This document shows, piece after piece, positions 8,920-18,171 of a stretch of 32,000 nt of DNA; position 1 is the first letter of the stretch, and the number at the start of each line of letters is the position of its first letter. The translations under genes and the position numbers were made by a program. A model generated the notes under the pieces. That model was not told the DNA's origin, ran no database searches, and saw nothing but the letters and a program-made list of their open reading frames with translations. The stretch is from Candidatus Thorarchaeota archaeon (GTDB taxonomy: Archaea; Asgardarchaeota; Thorarchaeia; Thorarchaeales; Thorarchaeaceae): NCBI GenBank assembly GCA_008080745.1, contig SHMX01000003.1, forward strand, positions 210,001-242,000, given 5' to 3'.

Positions 8920-9954
8920 ATGCGTTTTGGAATAGAATTTGTTCCAGATGAACCAGTCAGTAAAATTGTCGAATGGTCAAAATTAGCAGAGAAAGTGGGT
9001 TTTGGCAATATCTGGATAACCGACCACTTCAATAATCGAAATCTATGGGTAACGTTGACTGCAATCGCTCTGAATACCTCAAGAGTGATAATTGGACCTG
9101 GAGTCACAAACCCATTTCATACAAGCCCAGCGCTTTCAGCTGCAGCTATAGTAACAATAGATGAACTTACTAATGGAAGAGCCGCCGTTGGATTGGGTGC
9201 TGGTGATAGGGTTACACTGAACACTTTAGGAATCGAGTGGAATCTGCCAGTCACAACAGTCATTGAAGGAATCCAAATTCTTCGGAAACTGATACGAGGA
9301 GAGAGGGTTCACTTCAAAGGAAAAGTATTCGATATTCGAGGAGCCAAGCTCTCTCATGTAAAGAAGGTCCAAAGAGCATCTGAAGGTGAAAGAGAAAAGA
9401 AACTTGGGCGGAACATCCCCATATATGCAGGAGCACAAGGTCCGATGATGATGAAAAGAACAGCAGAGGTAGCAGATGGTATTCTCACCAATGCAAGTCA
9501 TCCAAAGGATATAGAGATTGCAATGAAATTAATCAGGGCAGGAGTTGAAAAAGCAGGACGAGATATTGCTGATTTGGACATTGGAGCTTATACAGCCTTT
9601 AGTATCGCACATTCTCGCGAAGAGGCAATGAAAGGTGATACTAGAATGGTAGTGGCCTTTATCGTAGCTGGTTCACCTGAATCGGTTATCGAACGACACC
9701 ATCTAAATATTGAACAATGTCGGGCGGTTAAGACTGCGTTATCAAAAGGAAATTTTCAAAATCTTGATTCATTAGTGACAGATGAAATGGTTGATGCATT
9801 TGCTATTGTTGGAAATAAAGACTATTGTGTGAATCGAATCGAAGAAATGAGAGAAGCAGGTGTCACTCAATTCATTGTTGGTTCACCTATAGGACCGGAT
9901 AAGAAAGGTGCAATAGAATATATAGGAAAAGAAGTTATCCCCCTGTTTATTTGA
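8920..9954 (+). CDS. mer: F420-dependent methylenetetrahydromethanopterin reductase (luciferase-like TIM barrel)
   Basis: MRFGIEFVP, WITDHFNNR, GPGVTNP, GLGAGD, PIYAGAQGPMM, ADGILTNASHPKD, GSPIGPD. ATG 8920 with GGAGG upstream. Confidence 0.88.
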   Translation: MRFGIEFVPDEPVSKIVEWSKLAEKVGFGNIWITDHFNNRNLWVTLTAIALNTSRVIIGPGVTNPFHTSPALSAAAIVTIDELTNGRAAVGLGAGDRVTLNTLGIEWNLPVTTVIEGIQILRKLIRGERVHFKGKVFDIRGAKLSHVKKVQRASEGEREKKLGRNIPIYAGAQGPMMMKRTAEVADGILTNASHPKDIEIAMKLIRAGVEKAGRDIADLDIGAYTAFSIAHSREEAMKGDTRMVVAFIVAGSPESVIERHHLNIEQCRAVKTALSKGNFQNLDSLVTDEMVDAFAIVGNKDYCVNRIEEMREAGVTQFIVGSPIGPDKKGAIEYIGKEVIPLFI

Positions 9955-9964
9955 GGGAATCATA

Positions 9965-10849
9965 ATGACAGGTGCCTTCATGTATAATAGACGACTGAGA
10001 TCAGATGAGATAGAAACCTGGGTGAATTACTGCTGTCCTGAAGGGATTGATAGAGAACGTTTTGGTGAGTATGCAAAGGAATTCATGCAGATGGAAGATA
10101 GTATGTATTTCATATCATCAGTTGAGGATAGATTTGTTGGAGGGACAGCAGTTTATAGGGATAGAGTCCGATTAGCGATGGCACTAGTTTATCTTTCATT
10201 GGAGAAAAAGTATCGGGAGTCAGTCGTGGCACATCTGATAAAATCATCATTACCATTTTTTAAAAGCATGTCAATCAGGAATGTAGATGCAATTGTCAAT
10301 CCTTCTGATAATATAACCAGCTTACCCTTTCCATTATCTACAGAACTAGCGGATTGGACAACCAAATCATTAGAAACCTTGAAGTTTGAAAAAATAGATA
10401 CGGTCTACAAAATAAGATTTGAAAACATTAAACGACCAGAAGAAAAAGTAAGCTTGTTTTGGGATTCGGAATGCAACTATGAAGGCAGTCGTAAATTGAT
10501 GTGGGACCTGAGAAAAGAGACAGGTTTGAACTTTTCTCAGGTGTGGCTCTTAAGGGATATAATGTATCGATACAATTCATTTCACACAGTAACTCTTGAT
10601 GATGAAGTAGCAGCTTGTGCAGGATTGATTAAGCTCGGTAGGATTGGCATTATCGCGCCACTATTTGTCCATAGTCAGGTTTCACTAACGGATTCTCTCG
10701 GTATTCTAATCGATCAATTAGGGGGAGTAAAAACAATAGAAATGCCACTCGTTGGAAAAGGACAGATTAGAGTTATTAAATTTTTAGAAGACATTCTACA
10801 GACAGATGCTAAGATTCAAGAGTTACTACTCTATCGAAAGAATCTCTAG
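9965..10849 (+). CDS. Hypothetical protein, possible tandem GNAT-like fold
   Basis: Two segments resemble GNAT beta-strand cores (EDRFVGGTAVY...VYLSLEKKYRE; DDEVAACAGLI...IAPLFVH). No GxG acetyl-CoA loop is visible. Confidence 0.45.
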   Translation: MTGAFMYNRRLRSDEIETWVNYCCPEGIDRERFGEYAKEFMQMEDSMYFISSVEDRFVGGTAVYRDRVRLAMALVYLSLEKKYRESVVAHLIKSSLPFFKSMSIRNVDAIVNPSDNITSLPFPLSTELADWTTKSLETLKFEKIDTVYKIRFENIKRPEEKVSLFWDSECNYEGSRKLMWDLRKETGLNFSQVWLLRDIMYRYNSFHTVTLDDEVAACAGLIKLGRIGIIAPLFVHSQVSLTDSLGILIDQLGGVKTIEMPLVGKGQIRVIKFLEDILQTDAKIQELLLYRKNL

Positions 10850-10927
10850 ATGGTGCCACAACTAGAGAGTCATATTCATATCAGTAACGTGTAATTAGCA
10901 CTCACCCCAATAACAAGAGGTTGCTCT

Positions 10928-11932
10928 ATGCCCACATTAGAACTTGTGAAGAAAAGTACGGGATTTCTCCTAAAATATGGGCATGTTCGTCTCGGTCTTG
11001 ATACGGGGATTAAAAATGAAACCACACTTCTATCGCATTCCCATGCAGATCATATTGGTAGACTTGATATTGCTCACCGAGTAATTGCAACTCAAGGAAC
11101 ATTTGATACCTTAGAAGCTAGAAACGGGAGAGCAGATTGTAAGAGAACTGTCCTCCACTATGGAGATTCTACAGGACAACTGGGAGTAATAATCACTGCA
11201 TTTGATGCAGGTCATGTCCTGGGCTCGACCATGTTTCATATGGAATTTGATGATGACCTTTCTATTCTTTACACAGGTGACTTCAACGTTGAGGATAGCT
11301 TAGTACATAAAGCAGCTCAGGCAGTTAAGGCGGATGTTCTCATAACAGAAGCCACCTATGGCTCACCAGAATGGATATTCCCCAAAAGAGAAGAAACATA
11401 TTTCCAGATTCTAAAGACTGCACAGGATGAAATAGCCAGGGGAAAGATTCCTGTGTTTCAAGCATACTCTCTGGGAAAAGCACAGGAGGCAATAGCGCTT
11501 CTTGAGTATCGAGATATTCCAGTGGTAAGTGGAAATGGGACTATTGACACCGTAAATGATGCGTACAATAAACATGGAGCAGGATTGAATGCAGTATCAA
11601 TACGTTCCGGTGAAGCAATTGATAATCTCGACGAGGGATGTGCAATAGTCAGTTCATCACCCGCTCATACATTTACAAATATACGAAAAATACTTGGATC
11701 AGAGTTGGCAAGAGAAGTAAGAAATAGAGCAGTGACATATTCACTATCAGGTTGGACGTTAGGAGGATACCGAGGAAAAGGTTTTCCATTGAGTGCACAT
11801 ACCGATTTTCCACATCTGATCGAGTTTGCAAAAAAGGTAGATCCAAGAATCGCATATGTGTTTACGGGTAATGCTGGGGTTCTTGCATCTCATCTACATG
11901 AAGAAGGTATCACAGCCGTTCCACTGGAGTGA
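10928..11932 (+). CDS. Metallo-beta-lactamase-fold nuclease, beta-CASP family
   Basis: LLSHSHADH, DAGHVLGS, YTGDF, TEATYG, YSLGKAQE, SAHTDF. Confidence 0.85.
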   Translation: MPTLELVKKSTGFLLKYGHVRLGLDTGIKNETTLLSHSHADHIGRLDIAHRVIATQGTFDTLEARNGRADCKRTVLHYGDSTGQLGVIITAFDAGHVLGSTMFHMEFDDDLSILYTGDFNVEDSLVHKAAQAVKADVLITEATYGSPEWIFPKREETYFQILKTAQDEIARGKIPVFQAYSLGKAQEAIALLEYRDIPVVSGNGTIDTVNDAYNKHGAGLNAVSIRSGEAIDNLDEGCAIVSSSPAHTFTNIRKILGSELAREVRNRAVTYSLSGWTLGGYRGKGFPLSAHTDFPHLIEFAKKVDPRIAYVFTGNAGVLASHLHEEGITAVPLE

Positions 11933-11936
11933 GAAG

Positions 11937-12509
11937 ATGTTCGAAGATGAATTATCGGAATTAGTAGAGCCAATCCATGCAGACTCGTTCTTTTCTGTAG
12001 CTATATCTGGAGAGATTCATGAAAGACTCACTTTCGAATATCTGGATCCTGATGGATACTATAGAAGGGTGATTCGTGATGAAGACTTGCTTAGAGAAGA
12101 AATAGAAAAACTGGTAAACAACATGCAATACTATCTTGATAAAGAAAGGGTAGAGATAAACGATCAACGTGTTCGTTCTAACGTGGTATATGCTGATATT
12201 TTCACGAAAGGAGCAAGTGATGTCGTTGCTATGACCTATCTTATTGACTTTGCAGGGAGATTTCAGCAAGGTATCAATAGAATCGTAACCTGGTTGGAAG
12301 AAGAGATTGCACCCTATGATTTTGAGATAATATGGAGGTTTCCTGCTGGAACGGAAATACGGGAGATTGATACTTTATTGGATTATGAGATCTATGAAGA
12401 TATTGTGACTCTCTGGGCTCTTGAAGGGGAAGATGTAGGTGGATATGAAAGAATGGAATTCATATTGCCAATGGAAATTCTTGACACACGAACAAGGAGG
12501 GACCTCTAG
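11937..12509 (+). CDS. Acidic hypothetical protein
   Basis: Start moved to ATG 11937, 4 nt after the upstream stop, with GGAGTGA upstream. 190 aa, D/E-rich, no recognised family. Confidence 0.65.
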   Translation: MFEDELSELVEPIHADSFFSVAISGEIHERLTFEYLDPDGYYRRVIRDEDLLREEIEKLVNNMQYYLDKERVEINDQRVRSNVVYADIFTKGASDVVAMTYLIDFAGRFQQGINRIVTWLEEEIAPYDFEIIWRFPAGTEIREIDTLLDYEIYEDIVTLWALEGEDVGGYERMEFILPMEILDTRTRRDL

Positions 12510-12757
12510 TGCAGATAAACAGTATTTTACAGATGGTTGCAATATCTGTCATTATTGCAGGAATTGTTTTTGTTATCCTCGGAATTCTTCAGTCCAGAAA
12601 ATCTTCACAGGACTCGGAAATGAAAAGTGAGAGTAAAGGAATTATTCTCTTGGGGCCTATACCCATAGTATGGGGTTTTGGAGATAGGGGAAAAATCCTG
12701 ATGATGGTGCTATTTATTGTAATAGTTTCAATCTATTTTGTACTATATCTCCTTTAA
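12509..12757 (+). CDS. DUF131 / TIGR00304-family small membrane protein
   Basis: Two TM helices and the GIILLGPIPIVWG signature; 1-nt overlap with the upstream stop. Confidence 0.8.
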   Translation: MQINSILQMVAISVIIAGIVFVILGILQSRKSSQDSEMKSESKGIILLGPIPIVWGFGDRGKILMMVLFIVIVSIYFVLYLL

Positions 12758-13011
12758 CCATTCCAACCACATTCGGGGCAGATATTTGCTCCCTTTATTG
12801 TCCGGACAAGTTTTCCAGCAATAAGACACTCAGGACAAATTTCAAGCTTCTCTTCACATTGTGGACACGTTATGTGTCGTCCCAAGTCTCTGATACAGGT
12901 AATTGTTCCACAAGTTGGACATTTAATGGCGTGATCGTGGCAGAATTCATTCTTACATTTATCACACCTAATTTTTGCTTTGGCTCGGCATAGAGGACAC
13001 GATTTAGCCAT
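12754..13011 (-). CDS. Cysteine-rich multi-zinc-finger protein
   Basis: 85 aa with 14 Cys, including six CxxC pairs and a CHDH motif. Confidence 0.7.
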   Translation of the reverse strand: MAKSCPLCRAKAKIRCDKCKNEFCHDHAIKCPTCGTITCIRDLGRHITCPQCEEKLEICPECLIAGKLVRTIKGANICPECGWNG

Positions 13012-13138
13012 AACAATTGCCCCGATTATTCGCCCGTATTGATATAGATAAGTCTGTCCCCTGTGAAAGTTAGTATTACCTCAGCTGTACCAACCCTCAT
13101 AGACAAAAAAGATACAACTCAGAGTGGAGCGATTGACA

Positions 13139-13384
13139 ATGATTTTCAGATGTAGGAACTGTGGTAACACTTCTGCTGATATTGATATGGTCTTGGATGG
13201 AGCATGTACCTGTGGGTGTACAAGTTTTCAATTGGTCGAGCAAGAGCCAGCTGGATTGAATACGGGATTGCCAACAAAAGAGATGATACGACAAGATCTC
13301 CATAGTTGGATAGACTTGAACCTTGACGCATTGAAGCCTGAACAGATTTACAATATCAGAGTTAGATTCGAGGCCGAGGAGTAA
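13139..13384 (+). CDS. Small zinc-ribbon protein
   Basis: ATG 13139 with GGAG upstream. CRNC...CTCGC near the N-terminus, loosely similar to DUF2072-type ribbons. Confidence 0.6.
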   Translation: MIFRCRNCGNTSADIDMVLDGACTCGCTSFQLVEQEPAGLNTGLPTKEMIRQDLHSWIDLNLDALKPEQIYNIRVRFEAEE

Positions 13385-13395
13385 TTGGAGAATAT

Positions 13396-16029
13396 TCATT
13401 CATTCTCTGCAATTTCTTCTGATTTGGATTGCTTGGGTCTTTCGATTCTGGCAATCTGTTCTTCTATTTCTTCATTGATGTCAGTTTCACCTGCAACCTT
13501 GGCAACTCTTTGTACGGCTTTAAGATGATGAATTAACGAATCTAGCCATGAGAAGATGTCACCAGGATAAACCCAAATTTCATATTCCTTCCTTAGTTTC
13601 GATGCAATGCCAGTTGGATTGAGACCTTCTTTTCGTTTCTCCACAATCCATTTGCCAAACTCTATCTTCCCATGATCGCAATCGGGATAGTCCTGACATC
13701 CACATTTGAAGAAGGTCTGAGCCCATTTTCCAAATACACTGAAAGCCCAATTTGGTAATCTTCCTGCGCCACTCCCAGGAGTACTGACATTGCTCATATC
13801 AGCAAAAACACCAGAGAAGAGCCGAGTTGGCATATATGTTCGAAAAGCTGCATTTACTTCTTGTTGGAGTTTGTTACTCAGATAGGCATTTTCGAAGGGA
13901 TTGAGCTTGATAGCAATCTCAAGTGTATCCATTTTTCTAACATTTTTTGCTACGTCAAACCCTTCTGAAGGAGTTAGAAATGATAGAGAGGTTGCTTTTC
14001 CGAGATCTGTAGGATGAGCCCCCCCTTCCTGAACGCGAATCATATGAGTTCGAACCAAATGTTTCAGGGCATCCGAGGGGAGAACAGTTGCGGATAGCAT
14101 TTTCTTGTAAAATCTTGCAACTGATTTTAGATCGGTCATTCCTGTTGAACATATAGTAGCAAGAATTTGTTCAGCACATTTCTCTGTATCTGCAAAAGGT
14201 TCGACATCCTCTATATCTCCAACCAATAAATCAGCTGCGATTTCATCCTCATATTTGTCCTGACCACCATGGTATTTGCGTTCTGGTTGAACAACAAGAT
14301 AGACTCTTCCCCGGTCATGTTTTCCCAATCTTCCTGCGCGTCCGAGCATCTGTTCAAACTCAGCGGTTGATATCCAATTCGCACCCATAGCAAGGGACTC
14401 GAAAATAACCTGTGAAGCCGGTAAGTCAACACCAGCACCCAACGCAGCAGTGGTTACAACACATGGATATCTCTGCTTTGCATAGGAATATTCTATACTG
14501 CGCCTCTTAGTATACGACAGACCCCCATGATATACAGCACTACGTATACCATGTTCACGAAGCCAATCACTTATCGAATGAGCTCTTCTGCGTGAAAATG
14601 TGAATATAATTGACTGACCTTTATTACCTGAGCTGCTTTTGGTTCGAAATTCTGCATCGACTAACCGTCGAATGATGCGACGTTTGTCTTCATCATTACG
14701 TGCAAATACCAGATGACGTTCAAGAGGAACAGGTCTTCCATGATACTCAACTAATCTAAGATTCAACTCTTTTGCGAGCTGATCTGGAGACCCTACTGTA
14801 GCTGATAGAGCAAGAATTTGGGCTTTGGGATGATGAAACCGCATACGAGCAAGTAAACCGTCCAACTCGGGTCCTCTTTCTTCTTCTGCCAGATTTTGAA
14901 TCTCATCAACTATAATTGTTCCAATATCTCCAATTTTTTTATGATCTCCAGATCTAAACAGCAAATCAAGAGCTTCGTAGGTTGCACAAATAATTTGAGA
15001 TTTGGCGACATCCGTATCAACAATGATTTTTCCATCACTACCAACGTCAATCCGGGACATTCCAACGCGAATTCCTACACGTAGGCCTAGTTTTTTGTAA
15101 CGTTTTCGAAATGCATTGTATTTTTCATTTGTAAGAGCTACAAGAGGAGAGAGGTAAATCATCTTCTTTCCATCCATAGCTTTTGGAATGCCCGCTAGTT
15201 CACCCAGTAATGTTTTGCCAGAAGAAGTTGAAGATACTATCAACAGATTTCTTGCCTTTAACAAGCCAGCTTTTACTACCATTTCCTGAACAGGAAGTAA
15301 TTGTGCCAAACCTTCCTCTTTGAGAATCTGTTTGAATGTATCAGGAATTTCTAAATCATCTATACTCCTACCCTCTACCATCTTCCCCGCTGCCAACTCG
15401 TCGTACTTTGTAATTTCTGCATTGTAAACTGGATCAAACCCAGGTTTTAATAACTCGACTACTTCAGAGACCGATTTGACACGGGATAATTGATGGTCCA
15501 TATACTTCAGCATAGGTTTTGATAATTTAACACCCATTGATTTGAGATCGATATGCATATCAGAACGAGCACATGAAAGGCAGGCAACTTCATTAGCTGA
15601 AACTTTAACAACATTTCGTTTAGTTAGTACTGTAAGACGGTCATTTCGAATACAGTTCTCACAGATAGGAACCACTCTTGCCTTCGCAGCCTGCATACGT
15701 TTCAAGAAATCTTGTAGGTCTTTCAGAAAGGCTGGTTTATGTTTTGTTGGAACTAGAATGTGTTTAGCCTTTCTAAGAATCTCATGAAATTCCTTAGGTT
15801 GGAAATAGACTGGTTTGTTGTATTTCACAAACCACATCCTTCTGACCTCAAGCAGACCAGACCCTTTCCGCCCAAATTCTGCAATTCCAGCGAGGTAGCG
15901 ACGTTGACGGTCTCTAAGAACATCTGAAAAAAGTTCTACTGTGACACTCATTTCCTGCCTAGAATCACGTATGACAAGGGAATATGGTTTGGCAAGCCGC
16001 CTTTGAATGTCAGCATCTGCAACCTCCAC
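13396..16029 (-). CDS. Archaeal superfamily 2 DExH/Q helicase (COG1202 / DUF5814-type)
   Basis: Q motif LLPVQ, Walker A SSTSSGKT, DEIQ, LSAT, GAGVDLP, QMLGRAGR, and C-terminal CGCQDYPDCDHG. An alternative start is ATG 15951. Confidence 0.88.
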   Translation of the reverse strand: MEVADADIQRRLAKPYSLVIRDSRQEMSVTVELFSDVLRDRQRRYLAGIAEFGRKGSGLLEVRRMWFVKYNKPVYFQPKEFHEILRKAKHILVPTKHKPAFLKDLQDFLKRMQAAKARVVPICENCIRNDRLTVLTKRNVVKVSANEVACLSCARSDMHIDLKSMGVKLSKPMLKYMDHQLSRVKSVSEVVELLKPGFDPVYNAEITKYDELAAGKMVEGRSIDDLEIPDTFKQILKEEGLAQLLPVQEMVVKAGLLKARNLLIVSSTSSGKTLLGELAGIPKAMDGKKMIYLSPLVALTNEKYNAFRKRYKKLGLRVGIRVGMSRIDVGSDGKIIVDTDVAKSQIICATYEALDLLFRSGDHKKIGDIGTIIVDEIQNLAEEERGPELDGLLARMRFHHPKAQILALSATVGSPDQLAKELNLRLVEYHGRPVPLERHLVFARNDEDKRRIIRRLVDAEFRTKSSSGNKGQSIIFTFSRRRAHSISDWLREHGIRSAVYHGGLSYTKRRSIEYSYAKQRYPCVVTTAALGAGVDLPASQVIFESLAMGANWISTAEFEQMLGRAGRLGKHDRGRVYLVVQPERKYHGGQDKYEDEIAADLLVGDIEDVEPFADTEKCAEQILATICSTGMTDLKSVARFYKKMLSATVLPSDALKHLVRTHMIRVQEGGAHPTDLGKATSLSFLTPSEGFDVAKNVRKMDTLEIAIKLNPFENAYLSNKLQQEVNAAFRTYMPTRLFSGVFADMSNVSTPGSGAGRLPNWAFSVFGKWAQTFFKCGCQDYPDCDHGKIEFGKWIVEKRKEGLNPTGIASKLRKEYEIWVYPGDIFSWLDSLIHHLKAVQRVAKVAGETDINEEIEEQIARIERPKQSKSEEIAENE

Positions 16030-16083
16030 TTTATTGGCCTCTTGAAGGCGTGAAAAGGAATGAGCAAAACTCTTTTGGTCTAT

Positions 16084-16857
16084 TCAAATATCATAGATGA
16101 AAGAATCGACATTTCTCTTGATTTTATCTAGAGTTTCTTCATATTCTGATCGAATGGCATCGGCCCCCATGGAGGAATCAAAACCGGATCGCTCAACAAC
16201 CATCCATTCACTCATAATATCCTCATCGAGAAATTTGTTGAATTTGCGTTCATGAGTAGACATCACTTCCATCCGCTCAGGATTGATGTAACCACGAGTT
16301 TCAAAGGTTTCTACTAATTTACGATACATTGGACCATTCGCTCCACCAAGAATAAATCGAGCCCGCATAACACCAGAAATGTGTGACACTTTAATTTTCT
16401 GAACCATCTCACGATAATGAATGGTCCTGGGAACAGACGTATCGCCTTTGATTCTAGCTACAGGCCTTTCAGCAAGAATGTTACCCTTTTCCAGAACTAG
16501 CTGACGCAAAACTGTAACAATCTCTTCTTCTTCTCTGGAAGCTAAAGGATCAATGACTTCAGGATTGATTATATCTACTGCAGGAACAGGTTCGTCCATT
16601 CTCAGTTCGGTCGGGTCAAAAAGGAGAGCACATATAGGTTTGAGGATATCCATGCGTCGGTTACCACTCTCTGCAACACCTTTAAAGATACCCGGTCCGA
16701 TTAATCCAGATATCACTGTAGACCCACGTAACATAGACCACAATTGACGTGAAATAATTAGCACTTTTCCAGTCAGGTCAGCATCTCGGAAGATACCGAC
16801 ATCGTATTCAAATGATTCTACATCGAGTAGCCAGTAGAGTGGGGCTGTATCTATCAT
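16084..16857 (-). CDS. Hypothetical protein
   Basis: 257-aa ORF with a 4-nt ATGA overlap with the upstream gene; no recognised family. Confidence 0.7.
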   Translation of the reverse strand: MIDTAPLYWLLDVESFEYDVGIFRDADLTGKVLIISRQLWSMLRGSTVISGLIGPGIFKGVAESGNRRMDILKPICALLFDPTELRMDEPVPAVDIINPEVIDPLASREEEEIVTVLRQLVLEKGNILAERPVARIKGDTSVPRTIHYREMVQKIKVSHISGVMRARFILGGANGPMYRKLVETFETRGYINPERMEVMSTHERKFNKFLDEDIMSEWMVVERSGFDSSMGADAIRSEYEETLDKIKRNVDSFIYDI

Positions 16858-18038
16858 TCTGTTTTTGCCTCGTAAGCATATTCATCAATATATTCATAGA
16901 TTATCTGGACTACCAAGCTATTACGATTATCAGATGCAACCCCATTTAGTCTTTCTTCGGTCTTATCGGCTAATTCATCAAGAGAGGGTATATCCAGTTT
17001 CAGACGATCATTCAATTCTCGAATGCACATCATAACACAATCTTGTAGTGGTATTCCCTGATATATGAGAACTCGTACAACTCGCTCTATTCTTTCAGTC
17101 AGATAAGCGATACGTTCATCTCGGCTTCTACGTTTGGCTAAGTAAACATCACGCTCCAGAAAGTCGAAGGGAGACACCATATCTGGTTCCGTTTTCCCAC
17201 CACGTGTAGATCCAGCACCTACTTCGACAAAGGAGGATTTATCTCCACGACCAGTAGGTTTGGGAGCAATATGCAAGAGTAAATGAGAGAGAGCAGGTAT
17301 GGATAATGTGTTCAGCTCTGAGTCAAGGTCAGATATCAGAGTATCAAGTCGTTTCAATGAGGAATCAATAGTTGCAGACTCTGTAGGCCCACCCATTGCT
17401 TTACGCAGAATCCTGAAGAGTGCCTGACAACGCCTTCGTAAATGAAGCACTCTACCTTTGAGGGTTGCAGATTTCCATCTGGTTATGGCAGGTCCAAGAA
17501 ACATCAACGCATCCTCAGTATTTGATTTAGGATGATCACTTAGCCACGCCTCTACAACCGGAGCAAGGTATCCCTCAGCAAGCTTTGTTCTTGATGCAAC
17601 AACATGAATCGCCTTTTCCAATGAAATATTACTTTCATCAATTGCCCCTTCAAGGTTTGCTAACTCACGTAACTTGAAATCAAAATTACGTACGAAGCTA
17701 CCATAGACATATTCAATCCATCTGCCCTCCAGAAGGGCGAATTCCATAATATTACCGGGTATATTAGGAATCTCTTCACCAATAGAGGCTCTACGATTAA
17801 GCTCAGTCATGAAATACAGAATAGCATCTTTGAGTGACAGAATACCATCAAGGTTAATGAGATACGAAATCATAGCGATTTGAAGTGGACAGGAATATTC
17901 CTCTGCAATCTTCTTTGCTTCCACAACCGATATTCTCCTCGAGCGTTCTTGCAGGTTAGTATACTTCTCAGCGAATTCTCTGGTAAGTCTCTGGCGACTT
18001 GATACTGCAAGTTTTTCAAGGTCGGTTTCAGTCTGCAA
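16854..18038 (-). CDS. Hypothetical, predominantly helical protein
   Basis: Long ORF. Probable TTG start at 18038 with GAGGAG 6 nt upstream (track start is 18086). Confidence 0.7.
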   Translation of the reverse strand: MQTETDLEKLAVSSRQRLTREFAEKYTNLQERSRRISVVEAKKIAEEYSCPLQIAMISYLINLDGILSLKDAILYFMTELNRRASIGEEIPNIPGNIMEFALLEGRWIEYVYGSFVRNFDFKLRELANLEGAIDESNISLEKAIHVVASRTKLAEGYLAPVVEAWLSDHPKSNTEDALMFLGPAITRWKSATLKGRVLHLRRRCQALFRILRKAMGGPTESATIDSSLKRLDTLISDLDSELNTLSIPALSHLLLHIAPKPTGRGDKSSFVEVGAGSTRGGKTEPDMVSPFDFLERDVYLAKRRSRDERIAYLTERIERVVRVLIYQGIPLQDCVMMCIRELNDRLKLDIPSLDELADKTEERLNGVASDNRNSLVVQIIYEYIDEYAYEAKTE

Positions 18039-18171
18039 TGGATACTCCTCTATCCTGAATTTAACTCTCAATGGAGAGCCATGCAATTCTAACCTTGATT
18101 TGATAAAATATGTTTACTGTGTATACTCTCTTCGAAAAATCATAGGGTAATGATTGAGATTGTATCCTAAA

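Noticed and set aside
11856-11936. N-terminal extension of the acidic hypothetical protein
   Set aside because: It overlaps the beta-CASP gene by 77 nt; ATG 11937 has a good Shine-Dalgarno.
12754-13011. Possible multiheme cytochrome
   Set aside because: No CxxCH motif and no signal peptide; the spacing fits zinc fingers.
13139-13384. Assignment as OapC of the origin-associated oapABC operon
   Set aside because: The similarity is limited to the zinc ribbon; no OapA GTPase, OapB, Cdc6 or ORB repeats are nearby.
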